Origin: an uncultured Verrucomicrobiae bacterium
Lineage (GTDB): Bacteria > Verrucomicrobiota > Verrucomicrobiia > Chthoniobacterales > UBA10450
Assembly: GCA_963834385.1 (NCBI GenBank)
Contig: CAWIBO010000003.1
Coordinates: 392,983 to 456,982, forward strand
Reading direction: 5' to 3'
Length of the DNA stretch: 64,000 nt
The notes under the pieces: generated by a model
Database searches by the model: none
What the model was told of the DNA's origin: nothing
What the model saw: only the letters and a program-made list of their open reading frames with translations
Translations under genes and position numbers: made by a program
Shown: positions 1 through 9,764 of the stretch, one piece after another
How positions within the stretch are numbered: position 1 is the first letter of the stretch
Layout of the letters: each line of letters begins with the position of its first letter

Positions 1-85
1 CGGCGTCGAGGTTTCCCGGGCGCAATACCTTCATCTGCTCGGGCGGGCCGCCGCTCTTCCGCGCAGCTTTGCCTGAAGCGGACGG

Positions 86-1423
86 TTATTTGACGCGGCG
101 GCCGTGTTTCACGATCACGTCGACCCGTTGCAGCAGGTCGATGTGGCGCAGGACGTCGCCTTTCACGGCAATGATGTCGGCATATTTTCCGACGGAGACC
201 GAGCCATAGTCCTTGTCCACCTTCATCTGCACGGCGGGCCAGTAGGTGGCGGCGCGGAGGGCCGTCATCGGATCAACCCCGAGGTGGTTCACCCAGGCGT
301 CGAGTTCCTTCCAGGTGGAGTTGCTGTGGAACTTCATGGGAATGCCGCTGTCGGTCCCGATCAGGAGCACGGCGCCGGCCTCCTGTAACTGCCGGAACTT
401 GTTGCGCACGGTCTTCGCCCGCAGCGGGGTGATCTGGTAGTAGCTCAACTGCCCGGGGTGCGTGATCGAGCGTTTGATGTCGGCCACGATATCGTCCGGC
501 ACGCCCGCATACGCGTCGGGATCGTCCAGTTGCTCGGGATTTTCCACCAGGTTTTCATAATTGATGAAGCCTTCAATGGTGGGGCACCAGAAAAGCGGCC
601 CCAAACTCATCTGGGCCGTCCGCGCCGCCAGCGCCTTGAGCACTTCGTCGGGATAACCAGGCGCGGTGGAAAGGCCGGTGTGCTCGAAACAATCGGCCCC
701 GGCAGCCAGTCCTCGGACGATTTCCTCCGGGCGATGCCCATGGGCCACCACCGGCAGCTTGTGCAGGTGCGCCTCGTCCACCACCGCCTTCACTTCCTCC
801 ATCGTCATCAGGTCCTGGTCGATCAGCTTGATGATGTCGACCCCGGCCTGGGCGAGTTTCTTCACCTTGGCCCGGCCATCGGCCGCGCCTTTTACGCCCC
901 AGCGAAACGCTTCCGTGTTGGGATAAGGCTCGTGCTGGAGGAAAGGACCGGAGACGTAAAGCGTGGGACCGGGGATCTCCCCTTTCTTGATCCGGTCCCG
1001 CACCTGGATGCTTTCCTCCAGCGGCGCCCCGAGGTCACGGGCGCTGGTGACGCCGGCGAGGAGAAGCTGTTTCGCGGCCGCGGGCATGATCTCGGCCCCG
1101 AGTCGTTTGAGATATGTCCGGTCCCAGTGATCATAGTCCGAATGGCCGAGCAACATGGTGTGCACGTGGCAGTCCCAGAGGCCGGGGAGCACGGTCATGC
1201 CTTCGGTGGAGATGACTTCGGCGCCCGGCGGCACCGGGAGGGTGGTCACCGTGCCGATGGCGGAAATTCGGTCGTTCTCGACCAGGACGACGCTGTTGGC
1301 CAGGGGCGGGCCGCCAAACCCGTCGACGAGGCGTCCACCGACCAGCGCGAGCGTTTTCGCCTCGAGAGCGGATGAAACAAAAGCGGCGAGAAGGAAGAGA
1401 AGAGAGAGCGTGCGCGGCAGCAT
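86..1423 (-). CDS. Secreted amidohydrolase-family metallohydrolase
   Basis: 445-aa ORF with a signal-like N-terminus (MLPRTLSLLFLLAAFVSSALEA). It has the HxH metal motif (WDCHVHTM) and later VAHGH and GTDSG segments typical of the amidohydrolase fold. The plus-strand ORFs inside it are antisense shadows. Confidence 0.8.
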   Translation of the reverse strand: MLPRTLSLLFLLAAFVSSALEAKTLALVGGRLVDGFGGPPLANSVVLVENDRISAIGTVTTLPVPPGAEVISTEGMTVLPGLWDCHVHTMLLGHSDYDHWDRTYLKRLGAEIMPAAAKQLLLAGVTSARDLGAPLEESIQVRDRIKKGEIPGPTLYVSGPFLQHEPYPNTEAFRWGVKGAADGRAKVKKLAQAGVDIIKLIDQDLMTMEEVKAVVDEAHLHKLPVVAHGHRPEEIVRGLAAGADCFEHTGLSTAPGYPDEVLKALAARTAQMSLGPLFWCPTIEGFINYENLVENPEQLDDPDAYAGVPDDIVADIKRSITHPGQLSYYQITPLRAKTVRNKFRQLQEAGAVLLIGTDSGIPMKFHSNSTWKELDAWVNHLGVDPMTALRAATYWPAVQMKVDKDYGSVSVGKYADIIAVKGDVLRHIDLLQRVDVIVKHGRRVK

Positions 1424-1538
1424 GCCGGGACGCTACGCCAGCGCGGGCCTGCTGACGAGTTGGGAAATCATTTTTTGGGAGCGAAGGCCGTGACCGCAAA
1501 GAAGTTGTGGCTCTGCCCGGCCCCGATATGCTGCACGG

Positions 1539-1784
1539 GTGAAAGTAAAGGTGACGGTGACTCCGAAGGCGGCCGTGCTCGACCCGCAGGGCGCGGCGGT
1601 GCGCGAGGCCATGCAACATCATGGTTTGCCCGAGGTGAAAAGCGTGCGCATCGGCAAGTACATGGAGATCGAGCTGGAGGAAGGCGTGGCCGATGCCGAA
1701 CAGCGCCTGCATGCCCTTTGCCGCGATCTCCTTTCCAACCCGGTCATCGAGGACTACGAGCTGCGCACGGAGGAAGAGCGGTGA
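1539..1784 (+). CDS. purS: Phosphoribosylformylglycinamidine synthase subunit PurS
   Basis: 81 aa starting MKVKVTVTPKAAVLDPQGAAV...NPVIEDYEL, the typical PurS size and sequence pattern. It lies directly upstream of purQ and overlaps it. Confidence 0.9.
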   Translation: MKVKVTVTPKAAVLDPQGAAVREAMQHHGLPEVKSVRIGKYMEIELEEGVADAEQRLHALCRDLLSNPVIEDYELRTEEER

Positions 1785-2491
1785 AATTTGCCGTGGTCCG
1801 GTTTCCCGGCTCGAACTGCGACCAGGATTGTGTCGCCGCGCTCGACGGTCTTGACGGGGTGACGGCTGATTACGTCTGGCATAAGAATGATTCGTTGGCC
1901 GGTTTCGACGCCATTGTCATTCCGGGCGGTTTTTCCTACGGCGATTATCTGCGCACCGGGGCCATTGCCACCTTCTCGCCGATCATGAAAGCGGTCGCCC
2001 GGGCCGCGCAGGAGGGCATGCTGGTCCTCGGCGTCTGCAACGGTTTCCAAATCCTCTGCGAAGCCGGCCTGCTTCCCGGCGCGCTCGTCCGCAACCGCGG
2101 GCTCCGTTTCATCTGCGAGATGGTGACTCTCCGGGTGGAGGTTCCCGACTCGCCTTACACGCGCGGTTGTCCCGAGGGAACCCTGCTGCGGCTCCCCATT
2201 GCCCACGGGGAGGGCTGCTTTTTCGCCGGTGAAGAGGTCCTGCGGGAATTAAATGCCAACCGCCAGGTGCTGGTTCGCTACTGCGATGAACAGGGGCAGG
2301 TCACCCCCGCCGCGAACCCGAACGGGTCCGTCGAAAATATCGCGGGCATCTGCAACCGGGCCCGCAACGTCTTTGGGCTGATGCCGCATCCCGATCGCGC
2401 CTGCGCCACCGCGCTCGGCAGCAGCGATGGCCTTACGATCTTTCGTTCCATGATCGCTTCCGTGCGCGAACAGGCGGCGCGCGCCGCCTAG
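1781..2491 (+). CDS. purQ: Phosphoribosylformylglycinamidine synthase I, glutaminase subunit PurQ
   Basis: The GTG at 1781 overlaps the purS stop (GTGA). The sequence [17 protein letters not shown]...GVCNGFQIL...MPHPDR shows the class-I amidotransferase Cys and His motifs. The ORF-track start at 1460 is an upstream run-on. Confidence 0.9.
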   Translation: MKFAVVRFPGSNCDQDCVAALDGLDGVTADYVWHKNDSLAGFDAIVIPGGFSYGDYLRTGAIATFSPIMKAVARAAQEGMLVLGVCNGFQILCEAGLLPGALVRNRGLRFICEMVTLRVEVPDSPYTRGCPEGTLLRLPIAHGEGCFFAGEEVLRELNANRQVLVRYCDEQGQVTPAANPNGSVENIAGICNRARNVFGLMPHPDRACATALGSSDGLTIFRSMIASVREQAARAA

Positions 2492-2497
2492 CTTCCC

Positions 2498-3148
2498 TTG
2501 GTCCCCGGGATCTTTGTCACCGGTACCGACACAGGAGTCGGGAAAACCGTCCTGGTTACGCGGCTCCTGCGCCAACTTCGTGAGGAGGGAATCCGGGCCG
2601 CCGGCTTCAAGCCGATCTGCTGCGGCGACCGGGGGGACGCCGAACGCATCCTGGCCGAAAGCGCAGGCGGTTTCACCCTCGACGAAATCAATCCCTGCTG
2701 GCTGCGCACACCGGCCGCGCCGTTCACTGCGGCACAGATCGAGAAGCGGGAGGTGGCGATCGTGCCGTTGCTGGAGGCATTTCGCCGTTTGCAGGCGAAA
2801 ACCGAGGTGGTCGTGGTCGAGGGCGTCGGCGGCTGGCTGGTGCCACTTGGGCGTGGCCTCTATGTGGCCGATCTCGCGGCGGCGCTGGCGCTCCCGGTCA
2901 TCGTGGTGGTGGCCAACCGGTTGGGCTGCCTGAACCACGCCTTTCTCACCCTGGCCGAGGTCGAACGCCGGGGATTGTCCTGCGCCGGGATGGTCTGCAA
3001 CCGGATCGGCGAAGAAAATGTGGCCACCGCGACCAACGAGCGGGTGCTTGGCGAGCTGGCGAAGGCGCCGCCGCTGCCCTTTCCGGAGGCCGGCGGGGGG
3101 TTGTCCCGGGAATGGCGTAACAGCCTCGGATTTTCGCCGCCGGTGTAA
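2498..3148 (+). CDS. bioD: Dethiobiotin synthase (ATP-dependent)
   Basis: TTG start, followed by the P-loop GIFVTGTDTGVGKT, then GFKPI and VVEGVGG motifs characteristic of BioD. Confidence 0.8.
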   Translation: MVPGIFVTGTDTGVGKTVLVTRLLRQLREEGIRAAGFKPICCGDRGDAERILAESAGGFTLDEINPCWLRTPAAPFTAAQIEKREVAIVPLLEAFRRLQAKTEVVVVEGVGGWLVPLGRGLYVADLAAALALPVIVVVANRLGCLNHAFLTLAEVERRGLSCAGMVCNRIGEENVATATNERVLGELAKAPPLPFPEAGGGLSREWRNSLGFSPPV

Positions 3149-3276
3149 AGCCGTCGGTGTTGCGAAAACGACACAAGTGTCAGCATTCTTTACACTTTTT
3201 GCCGACACTCCGAAGGGCGCTACGAGGGAAGAAGGGTGGTGGCACCTCCATTGCTAAATGAAACGGCACAACCCTT

Positions 3277-3753
3277 ATGCTCCTTCAAAAAACCCTGCAC
3301 ATGAATCAAGCCGCCGCGGAATGCCGTTCCCGCCTGGCCAGCATTCAGTCGTATAGCCGCCAATTCGTCATGGTGACGAAGGCGACGGTGACTTCGTCCA
3401 AGACGATGGATTTCAGCTTCCGGGGGCCGCTTGGCTTCCAGGCCAGCACCATACTGATGGGCCAGGAAACCGGTGACCCGAACCAGTACGCGTTCGAGTC
3501 GGCCGGCGGTAACATCGAGATCATGGGCCTGGTCGATTTCACGGAGGTGCGCCCGCATTGCACCGAGGTGACCCTGGCGGTGCATTACGAGCTGAAGAAC
3601 AAATTTTTCGCGTGGCTGGACCGTCGTTTCCACTTTGTGGACGCGTTCCTGAACGCCGAGTTGCGCAGCATCCGCTCGCACTTCGAGGGAATTGCGGCGC
3701 CGATCACGGAGAGCTATCCCGCCCTGGCGATGCTCGAGCCGGCTCACGCCTAG
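3277..3753 (+). CDS. Hypothetical protein, possibly SRPBCC/START-like
   Basis: 158-aa ORF in an otherwise empty interval, followed by a hairpin terminator. The fold assignment is only an impression from its size and alternating beta-like pattern. Confidence 0.45.
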   Translation: MLLQKTLHMNQAAAECRSRLASIQSYSRQFVMVTKATVTSSKTMDFSFRGPLGFQASTILMGQETGDPNQYAFESAGGNIEIMGLVDFTEVRPHCTEVTLAVHYELKNKFFAWLDRRFHFVDAFLNAELRSIRSHFEGIAAPITESYPALAMLEPAHA

Positions 3754-3775
3754 CAACATTTCTGCAGCAGATAGA

Positions 3776-3809
3776 GGGCGCGAAGTTGGGGGACTTCGCG
3801 CTCTTTTTC
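3776..3809 (+). terminator. Rho-independent terminator (may act on both convergent genes)
   Basis: A 9-bp stem gcgcgaagt/acttcgcgc with loop tggggg is followed by tcttttt. It lies between the convergent 3277..3753 gene and tyrS. Confidence 0.6.
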
Positions 3810-3825
3810 TGTACCGGGACGATGC

Positions 3826-4995
3826 TCAGGAAAGGCGCACGGCGCGGGTCTTGTCGAGGCGAAGCACGTCGCCCTTTTTCAAGGCCACTCGCACCTTGGG
3901 ATCCCGGATCTTTTCGCCATTAAGCTGGACGCTGCCCTGTTCCAGGAGACGACGCGCCTCGGTCTTTGACTTCGCGGTCTGGAACGATTCGGCGTAGACC
4001 TGCACCACCAGCGCGGCCGCCTCGGTTGCGTCCGACGGCGCGGCGAAGGCTGGCAGGTCCGCTTCGGCCAGCCTTTTTTCGCTGAAGCGGGCATTCCAAT
4101 CGGCCAGCACGCGGGCGGCGGTGTCGGCTCCGTGGTAGGTCTGCGTGATTTCGCGCGCCAGCTCCTTCTTGGCCTCGAGCGGGTGCATCCCGGGCGCGGG
4201 CGTGCGCCCGAGCAGCAGTTCGTAGTAGCGCGCCATGAGGGTGTCGGAAATGCTCATGATCTTGCCGAACATTTCCGGGGCGGGTTCGTTCACCCCGACG
4301 TAATTGTTCAGGCTCTTGCTCATTTTCATCGAGCCATCGAGCCCTTCCAGGATCGGGACGAGCAGGACCACCTGCTGCGGTTTGTTCTCGGCCTTTTGCA
4401 GGTCGCGCCCGACCAGAATATTGAAAAGCTGGTCCGAGCCCCCCAGCTCGACGTCCGCCTCCACCATGACCGAATCCCAGCCCTGCATGATGGGATACTG
4501 GATTTCATGGGCCCGCACCGGCTGGTCCTGTTGCAGGCGCGTTTTGAAATCCTCCCGCTGCAGCATCTGCTGGAGGGTAACGCGGCTGTTGAGCTGGATG
4601 ACCTGTTCAAAGGTCATCGGGCGGAACCATTCGCTGTTGTAAACGATGCGGGTCTTTTTCTCGTCGAGAATTTTCAGGGCCTGTTCGCGATAGGTCGTGG
4701 CATGCGCCTGCACCTGGGCGGGCGTCAACTGGGGGCGCGTGACCGACCGGCCGCTGGGATCGCCGATCAAGGCCGTGAAATCGCCGATGATCAGGATGGC
4801 CTCGTGGCCCAGGTCCTGGAACTGGCGCAGCTTCCGAATGGCCAGGGTATGTCCGAGATGAATGTCGGCGCTGGTCGGGTCCACCCCGAGCTTGACCCGG
4901 AGCGGGCGGCCCAGGGCGAGCTTGGCCTGAAGTTCCGCCGGACTGATGACCTGGGCGGCCCCGCGCGTGAGCAGGGCAAGGGCGTCATCAGGCAT
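3826..4995 (-). CDS. tyrS: Tyrosine--tRNA ligase
   Basis: 389 aa with the class-I HIGH-type motif (DIHLGHTLA), a KMSKS motif, and a C-terminal S4-like segment (EARRLLEQGSVQLNGEKI). Confidence 0.92.
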   Translation of the reverse strand: MPDDALALLTRGAAQVISPAELQAKLALGRPLRVKLGVDPTSADIHLGHTLAIRKLRQFQDLGHEAILIIGDFTALIGDPSGRSVTRPQLTPAQVQAHATTYREQALKILDEKKTRIVYNSEWFRPMTFEQVIQLNSRVTLQQMLQREDFKTRLQQDQPVRAHEIQYPIMQGWDSVMVEADVELGGSDQLFNILVGRDLQKAENKPQQVVLLVPILEGLDGSMKMSKSLNNYVGVNEPAPEMFGKIMSISDTLMARYYELLLGRTPAPGMHPLEAKKELAREITQTYHGADTAARVLADWNARFSEKRLAEADLPAFAAPSDATEAAALVVQVYAESFQTAKSKTEARRLLEQGSVQLNGEKIRDPKVRVALKKGDVLRLDKTRAVRLS

Positions 4996-5025
4996 GGGAG
5001 CAGGAAAGAGATCGAGGCGGGCGCC

Positions 5026-5529
5026 TCATTTACTCTTGTTCAACAGCTCGCGCACCTGGTCAATCGTCAGCGGAGTGTCCTTTTGGCTCAGCGCTTTCTG
5101 GCTTTTGCCCTCGCCGAGGAAAGGGCGGGTGTTCCCATAGGACCGCACGGCCTGGCTGCGTTCGCCCTGGGCGGCGGCGCGGACCGGCGCCCGTTCCTGC
5201 GCGAGCGTGAGCTCCCGAGCCTGGTGGGCTCGGGTGGAACCATGGGCCACGGCCGAGCCGTCGCGGAAAAGAAAGGCCGCGTGTTGCCGGGAAGTGAATT
5301 CCGGCTGGACGGCAAAAGTCCGCAACGTCTTTTCCTTTTTCACCGTGAGCGCCCGGACACGGGCCTCCTTTCCGGCAAAGCCGCCGGCCCGGGCTTGAAA
5401 GGCCTTGGCTTGCGCGGGGTTTTGCAGCTCCGTGTCGGGCCGCAAAAGGCGGTCGATCAGTTTGCGTTCCTGTTCCTGCGCGAAGAGGGACCCGGTGAGG
5501 AAAAAGAGAAGGAAGGCGAGCGGCCGCAC
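5026..5529 (-). CDS. Secreted hypothetical protein
   Basis: 167 aa with signal peptide MRPLAFLLFFLTGSLFAQ. No recognisable domain. Confidence 0.55.
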   Translation of the reverse strand: MRPLAFLLFFLTGSLFAQEQERKLIDRLLRPDTELQNPAQAKAFQARAGGFAGKEARVRALTVKKEKTLRTFAVQPEFTSRQHAAFLFRDGSAVAHGSTRAHQARELTLAQERAPVRAAAQGERSQAVRSYGNTRPFLGEGKSQKALSQKDTPLTIDQVRELLNKSK

Positions 5530-5591
5530 GAGGCGAACCTGCCGAAAGCCGGGGGAGTTTGTAAAGACAATTGTCCCCTTGGCGGGCCGCT

Positions 5592-6242
5592 CTACCAGTG
5601 CAGCAGATCGAGCAGGCGGCGGGCCCCGGCGGGCGGCCGGGCCTTGCCGCTCAGGATGGTCCCGGCGCGGACGCGCCGGCCGTAATACCGCGCGTTCGAG
5701 CTTTTCTGAGTGGCGATGACCGCGCCCTCCAGGGAAACGCCGGCGAAAAGGCCTTTGCTGCGGCTGTAGGTGTAGACCGCGGCGGTGGGCATGACGCCCG
5801 CCTGCAGGTTGCGCCCCACCGGGCCGGCGGCGGCGCTGAGATCAGCTCCCAGGGTCACGTTTCCCTCCTCGGCGAAGGCCTGCACCGCCTGCGGGGTGTT
5901 GAGCACGAAAACAAAATCGGTTACCTGCGCGCCAATTTGCAGGCCCCAGCCGGCTCCGCCCGTGCCGACAAAGGAAGGCCCCGACCAGTTGCCGGAGCGG
6001 GTCCGCGCGACCACCACACCCTGCCCGCCTTTTCCGCTCAGGCCAAAGCCGACCTTGATCACGCGCAGGATGGCAAGGCCGCGCGCGTCGCTCAAGACAT
6101 TGGCCGGAATGGCGCTCTCGGGCATGCGGCGGAACTCGCGGATGATCTGGGCGGCTTCGTTCACGGTTTCCTGCGGCGTCGCGGCCTGGGCCGGGATGGG
6201 GCAGAGGGCGAGGAACAGGAGGGCGCAAAAAATCGTTCTCAT
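5592..6242 (-). CDS. Ysc84/SYLF (DUF500) lipid-binding domain protein, secreted
   Basis: Internal ATG at 6242 gives MRTIFCALLFLALCPIPAQA. The segment LAILRVIKVGFGLSGKGGQGVVVAR...GGAGWGLQIGAQ...YTYSRSKGLFAGVSLEG matches the SYLF pattern. The start overlaps the upstream stop (ATGA). I rejected the 474-aa ORF-track extension. Confidence 0.8.
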   Translation of the reverse strand: MRTIFCALLFLALCPIPAQAATPQETVNEAAQIIREFRRMPESAIPANVLSDARGLAILRVIKVGFGLSGKGGQGVVVARTRSGNWSGPSFVGTGGAGWGLQIGAQVTDFVFVLNTPQAVQAFAEEGNVTLGADLSAAAGPVGRNLQAGVMPTAAVYTYSRSKGLFAGVSLEGAVIATQKSSNARYYGRRVRAGTILSGKARPPAGARRLLDLLHW

Positions 6243-7234
6243 CTGGTTGACCCTTCGAATCCGGACCGCGGCGCGGACGCTTTTTTTCCTTCGCCCGGCC
6301 CGTCGATCTTCTTTTCGCCCAGGCCCTGTTCGGCGCGTTTCTGCTGGTCGATAAACTCGGCGTGGGCGGAAGGGACGATGCCGGAGCCGTGGCAACGGGA
6401 AAATTCCTTGGTAAACTCCGCCCCGAAAAGAAAGATGGTGGTGGAATAGTAGACCCAGACCAGGATCAGGATGAGGGCACCCGCGGCGCCGAAACTCGAG
6501 GCCACGCTGCTGGTGCCGAGATACCATCCGATGAGCATTTTGCCGATGGCAAAGAGGACCGCGGTGACGGCGGCCCCGATCCAGACGTCCCGCCATTGAA
6601 TGCGGACGTCCGGGAGCACTTTGTAGATCAGGGCGAAAAGAACCGTAAGGAGGATAATCGAGAGGACAAAATCCAGCGGGGCGGCAAAGGAAGGGAGCGG
6701 GAGATAGCCGCTCATGTAGTTGCTGATTGCCTGCAGGACGGCGCTGAGCACGAGCGAGATCATGAGGAGAAAGCCAATGGCAAGGACCATGGAGAAGGAG
6801 AGGAGATAGGTGCGGGCCATGGCGAACCACCCGCGTTTGCGGAGCCGCACGCCCCAGATGGCGTTGAGCGAGTCCTTGAGCTGGCCGAACACGCCCGAGG
6901 CGCCGAGGATCAGGGTGGCCACGCCGACGATGCTGGCCAGCAGGCTTTTGGGGCGGTCGCTCGAGGCCTGGATGATATTCTGGATCTCGCCGGCCGCCTT
7001 GGGACCGATCAGCCACTCAATCTGCTCGTAAAGCTGGCCGCGCGCCGCTTCCTCGCCAAAGAACAGGCCGGCACTGGCAATGACGATGATGACCAGCGGC
7101 GCCATGGCAAAGATCGAATAGTAGGCCAGGGCGGCGCTGAAGCGCAGGACCCGGTCCTCCGACCATTCCCGGTAGGTGGAAAGGAACATCGGTCCCCATG
7201 AACGCAGCCAATCAAATTTCGCTTTCTTTCCCAT
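6239..7234 (-). CDS. YihY/BrkB-family inner membrane protein
   Basis: 331 aa. The N-terminus REWSEDRVLRFSAALAYYSIFAMAPL is a family signature, followed by multiple TM segments. Confidence 0.85.
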   Translation of the reverse strand: MGKKAKFDWLRSWGPMFLSTYREWSEDRVLRFSAALAYYSIFAMAPLVIIVIASAGLFFGEEAARGQLYEQIEWLIGPKAAGEIQNIIQASSDRPKSLLASIVGVATLILGASGVFGQLKDSLNAIWGVRLRKRGWFAMARTYLLSFSMVLAIGFLLMISLVLSAVLQAISNYMSGYLPLPSFAAPLDFVLSIILLTVLFALIYKVLPDVRIQWRDVWIGAAVTAVLFAIGKMLIGWYLGTSSVASSFGAAGALILILVWVYYSTTIFLFGAEFTKEFSRCHGSGIVPSAHAEFIDQQKRAEQGLGEKKIDGPGEGKKASAPRSGFEGSTR

Positions 7235-7284
7235 CTCCCTCTAAAACTACGGTCAGCGTCGCGCCGGTGCGCGTTTTTTTCACC

Positions 7285-7776
7285 ATGGAAGACCCGATCA
7301 TCGACCTGCAAAGCGATTCCTTTTTCATGCGCGAAGCGCTGCGGCTGGCGCAGAAGGCCTTCGCGGCCGGGGAAGTCCCGGTGGGCGCCGTGGTGGTGCA
7401 GGCGGGCCGGATCATCGGCCGTTCCCACAACCAGGTGGAGATGTTGAAGGACGCCACCGCGCATGCGGAAATGCTGGCCCTGACCCAGGCGGAAGCCGCC
7501 GTGGGCGACTGGCGCCTGGTCGACTGCGACCTCTATGTGACCAAGGAGCCCTGCCCGATGTGCGCCGGAGCCGCGGTGCATGTGCGGTTGCGCCGGGTCA
7601 TTTTTGGATGTGCCGACGAGCGGGGCGGAGCCGCCGGAGGGCTGCTCAATCTCCTGCAATTGCCCGGGTTGAATCATCGCTGCGAGATCACGCCGGGCGT
7701 CCTGGCCGAAGAAGCGTCGGCGCTCCTGCGCTCGTTCTTCCAGGCGAAACGGGCCCGGACGGCCCCGGAGGCGTGA
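7285..7776 (+). CDS. tadA: tRNA adenosine(34) deaminase
   Basis: Has the HAEMLAL and PCPMCAGA zinc motifs of CDA-fold TadA. The ATG at 7285 is preferred over the ORF-track start at 7198. Confidence 0.9.
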   Translation: MEDPIIDLQSDSFFMREALRLAQKAFAAGEVPVGAVVVQAGRIIGRSHNQVEMLKDATAHAEMLALTQAEAAVGDWRLVDCDLYVTKEPCPMCAGAAVHVRLRRVIFGCADERGGAAGGLLNLLQLPGLNHRCEITPGVLAEEASALLRSFFQAKRARTAPEA

Positions 7777-7808
7777 GCGGCCGCCGCGGCGCGGGTTGGA
7801 GGCGGGGA

Positions 7809-7882
7809 TGGCTGCCTCGCAAGGACTCGAACCTTGACAAAGAGATCCAGAATCTCTCGTGCTACCATTACACCACGAGGCA
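7809..7882 (-). tRNA. tRNA-Gln (anticodon CUG), CCA encoded
   Basis: I folded the cloverleaf by hand. Acceptor stem is TGCCTCG/CGAGGCA, anticodon stem AGAGA/TCTCT with loop TTCTGGA, T arm CAAGG-TTCGAGT-CCTTG, discriminator G followed by CCA. Confidence 0.9.
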
Positions 7883-7955
7883 AAATCGGGCGGGTGACAG
7901 GTAAGACCGTTCCCGGCCATCGCGCAAGTCGCGGGCCCGTGAAATTCCGGGCTTC

Positions 7956-8906
7956 TTAACCGTTCTCGCGGCGGTCGAGGACGATCTCGTCTCCCTCGCG
8001 CGCGGCTTCCACGGTCAGAGCCCGGCCGCTTTCCGCCACCTGCCGGCGGGCCGTCTTCACCATGCCGTCGATAAAAGCATCATCGTGGTTCGGGTCATGG
8101 TGAAAAAGCAGGAGCCGCTTCACCCCCGCGTCGAGCGCCAGCGAGATCGTGGCGCTGATATGGCCATGTCCCCAGCCCACTTTCTCCGGATATTCCTCGT
8201 CGGTATATTGGGTGTCGAGAAGGAGCACATCGGTGCCGGAAAGGAACTGGACCAGGCCGTCGCGTTCCTCCCGCGCGACCGAGGCCGCCTGCTCGATGCT
8301 GGCGTTTTCCCGCTCGGCCATCTGCCGCCGCAGGTGCTCGAACGGTTCGTTGTCCGGCAGATAAGCCACGGAGCCGCCGCTGGTGAAGAGGCGGAAGCCG
8401 CTGCAATTCCCAGGGTGATTTACGAAACGGGCGGCGATCCTGACCTGGCCGACCTGAAATTCCATTTCTTTCAGCTCGCGGATGGCCACGCAGCCGAAGA
8501 CATCATGCAGTTTGACCGGGAAGAAGGGGTTCTCCATCTGTTCGGAAAGGATGGCGGCGAGACCGTTGCTGGCCCCTTCGTAACCGAGAATGTGGATCTC
8601 ATTTTTCTTCTGGTAGGCGGGAAGAAAGAAGGGGAGGCCCTGGATATGGTCCCAGTGCGAATGGGTCAGGAGCATGGTCAGCTTGATCGGGCGCTCGCCA
8701 AATTCACGATCGAGGGAAAGGCCGAGCGGGCGGATGCCCGAGCCGGCATCGAGGACGATGATTTCGCCATCGGCCCGCAGCTCCACGCAACTGGTGTTCC
8801 CGCCGTAACCGATGGTGGACTGCCCCGGGACCGGGATCGAACCGCGCACGCCCCAGAGACGGAGGCGGGGTGCGGCCGGGTCCGGACTGGAAGAGGAACC
8901 GGTCAA
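7956..8906 (-). CDS. MBL-fold metallo-hydrolase
   Basis: 316 aa with the HSHWDHIQG (HxHxDH) motif and an N-terminal RLWGVRGSIP segment. Confidence 0.8.
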   Translation of the reverse strand: MTGSSSSPDPAAPRLRLWGVRGSIPVPGQSTIGYGGNTSCVELRADGEIIVLDAGSGIRPLGLSLDREFGERPIKLTMLLTHSHWDHIQGLPFFLPAYQKKNEIHILGYEGASNGLAAILSEQMENPFFPVKLHDVFGCVAIRELKEMEFQVGQVRIAARFVNHPGNCSGFRLFTSGGSVAYLPDNEPFEHLRRQMAERENASIEQAASVAREERDGLVQFLSGTDVLLLDTQYTDEEYPEKVGWGHGHISATISLALDAGVKRLLLFHHDPNHDDAFIDGMVKTARRQVAESGRALTVEAAREGDEIVLDRRENG

Positions 8907-9133
8907 AGCAGGAAGGGGGTTTGCGCCATGATCCGATTTTCCCGGCGCGATCCCGCGCGGCGGCCGGGTCCTGACCTGCTATTGGCGCGCGCGGCGCCCA
9001 TCCAATTCATTCGTTTAGTTCCGGCGGTCGGCATTGTTGCGCGCGAAGTCTGTCATGCCCGCCAGCGTGAACCAAGTGTTTTTCGCGCGTCTTGTGTAGC
9101 GTGGAGCGAGCGGGCGACGCGCGCCATTTGGAA

Positions 9134-9167
9134 ACAAAAACGGCCACCGGGCGAACCGCGGTGGCCG
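9134..9167 (-). terminator. Rho-independent terminator of the PEP-CTERM gene
   Basis: The cggccacc/ggtggccg stem is followed, on the minus strand, by TTTTTGT. It sits 22 nt after the stop at 9189. Confidence 0.6.
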
Positions 9168-9188
9168 TTTCCGAGGAGAAACGATTTT

Positions 9189-9764
9189 TTAGCTGTCTTT
9201 GCGACGGCGGAAGATCGTGTTGGCAACCCCAATCATGCCAAGACCCAGCACGCCGATGATCGGCGCGAGAGCGGACATCTCCGGCACCGGCACCGCGACT
9301 GAGCCGATGTTGTCAACCGGCGTGCCGTCGTTGCCACCGCCGTTGCGGGTGGCCGAGGCGGCGAAGTTATCGGTGCGCTGCTGATTGGTGTTGGAGACGG
9401 CTGAGAAGATGCCGAGGGCGTTCGGGCCCACGATGCTCTCCTGGCCGATATAGGTCCAGGTCAGGTTGAAAACACCCGCGTCATCCATCGGCAGGACGGT
9501 GGAAGGCGTGGTCCCGATGAGCGAGGACGAGAAGGTCCAGTCCATCGGCTGCGCGTTGGAGCCGGGGACGAAACCGCCGAAATCATAAATCGTGAAATAA
9601 TCGCCGGACTGCACCCGCTGGTCCAGGGTCGCATTGGCGGAATAGTTCCACTGGAAATTCGGGCCAACCGAAGCCGTGCTGTCGAAAGTGGGAATGATGT
9701 CCGCGGAGGCAGAAATCGCCATCCCTGTCGCTGCTAGTAAACCTAGAAAGTATGTCTTACGCAT
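9189..9764 (-). CDS. PEP-CTERM sorting-domain secreted protein
   Basis: The start MRKTYFLGLLAATGMAISASA is a signal peptide. The C-terminus VPEMSALAPIIGVLGLGMIGVANTIFRRRKDS has the PEP-like motif, a TM helix and a basic tail. It is adjacent to the exosortase gene. Confidence 0.75.
   Translation of the reverse strand: MRKTYFLGLLAATGMAISASADIIPTFDSTASVGPNFQWNYSANATLDQRVQSGDYFTIYDFGGFVPGSNAQPMDWTFSSSLIGTTPSTVLPMDDAGVFNLTWTYIGQESIVGPNALGIFSAVSNTNQQRTDNFAASATRNGGGNDGTPVDNIGSVAVPVPEMSALAPIIGVLGLGMIGVANTIFRRRKDS

Noticed and set aside
458-1375. 305-aa plus-strand ORF, with several shorter ones, inside the amidohydrolase gene.
   Set aside because: It is antisense to a gene with clear family motifs. 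The product is Arg/Gly/His-rich, which is typical of high-GC shadow ORFs. The same reasoning applies to 4132..5685, 16654..17928, 16757..18013, 18028..19101, 19667..20707, 21583..22707, 43631..45100, 49581..50762, 50832..51689, 53462..54730, 59597..60859 and 61118..61987.
6243-7016. N-terminal extension of the SYLF gene (the 474-aa ORF), and likewise the 54653..55366 extension of the rhomboid ORF.
   Set aside because: The extensions overlap better-supported genes (YihY in another frame on the same strand; the DsbA-like gene on the opposite strand). Internal ATGs give proper signal or TM N-termini.
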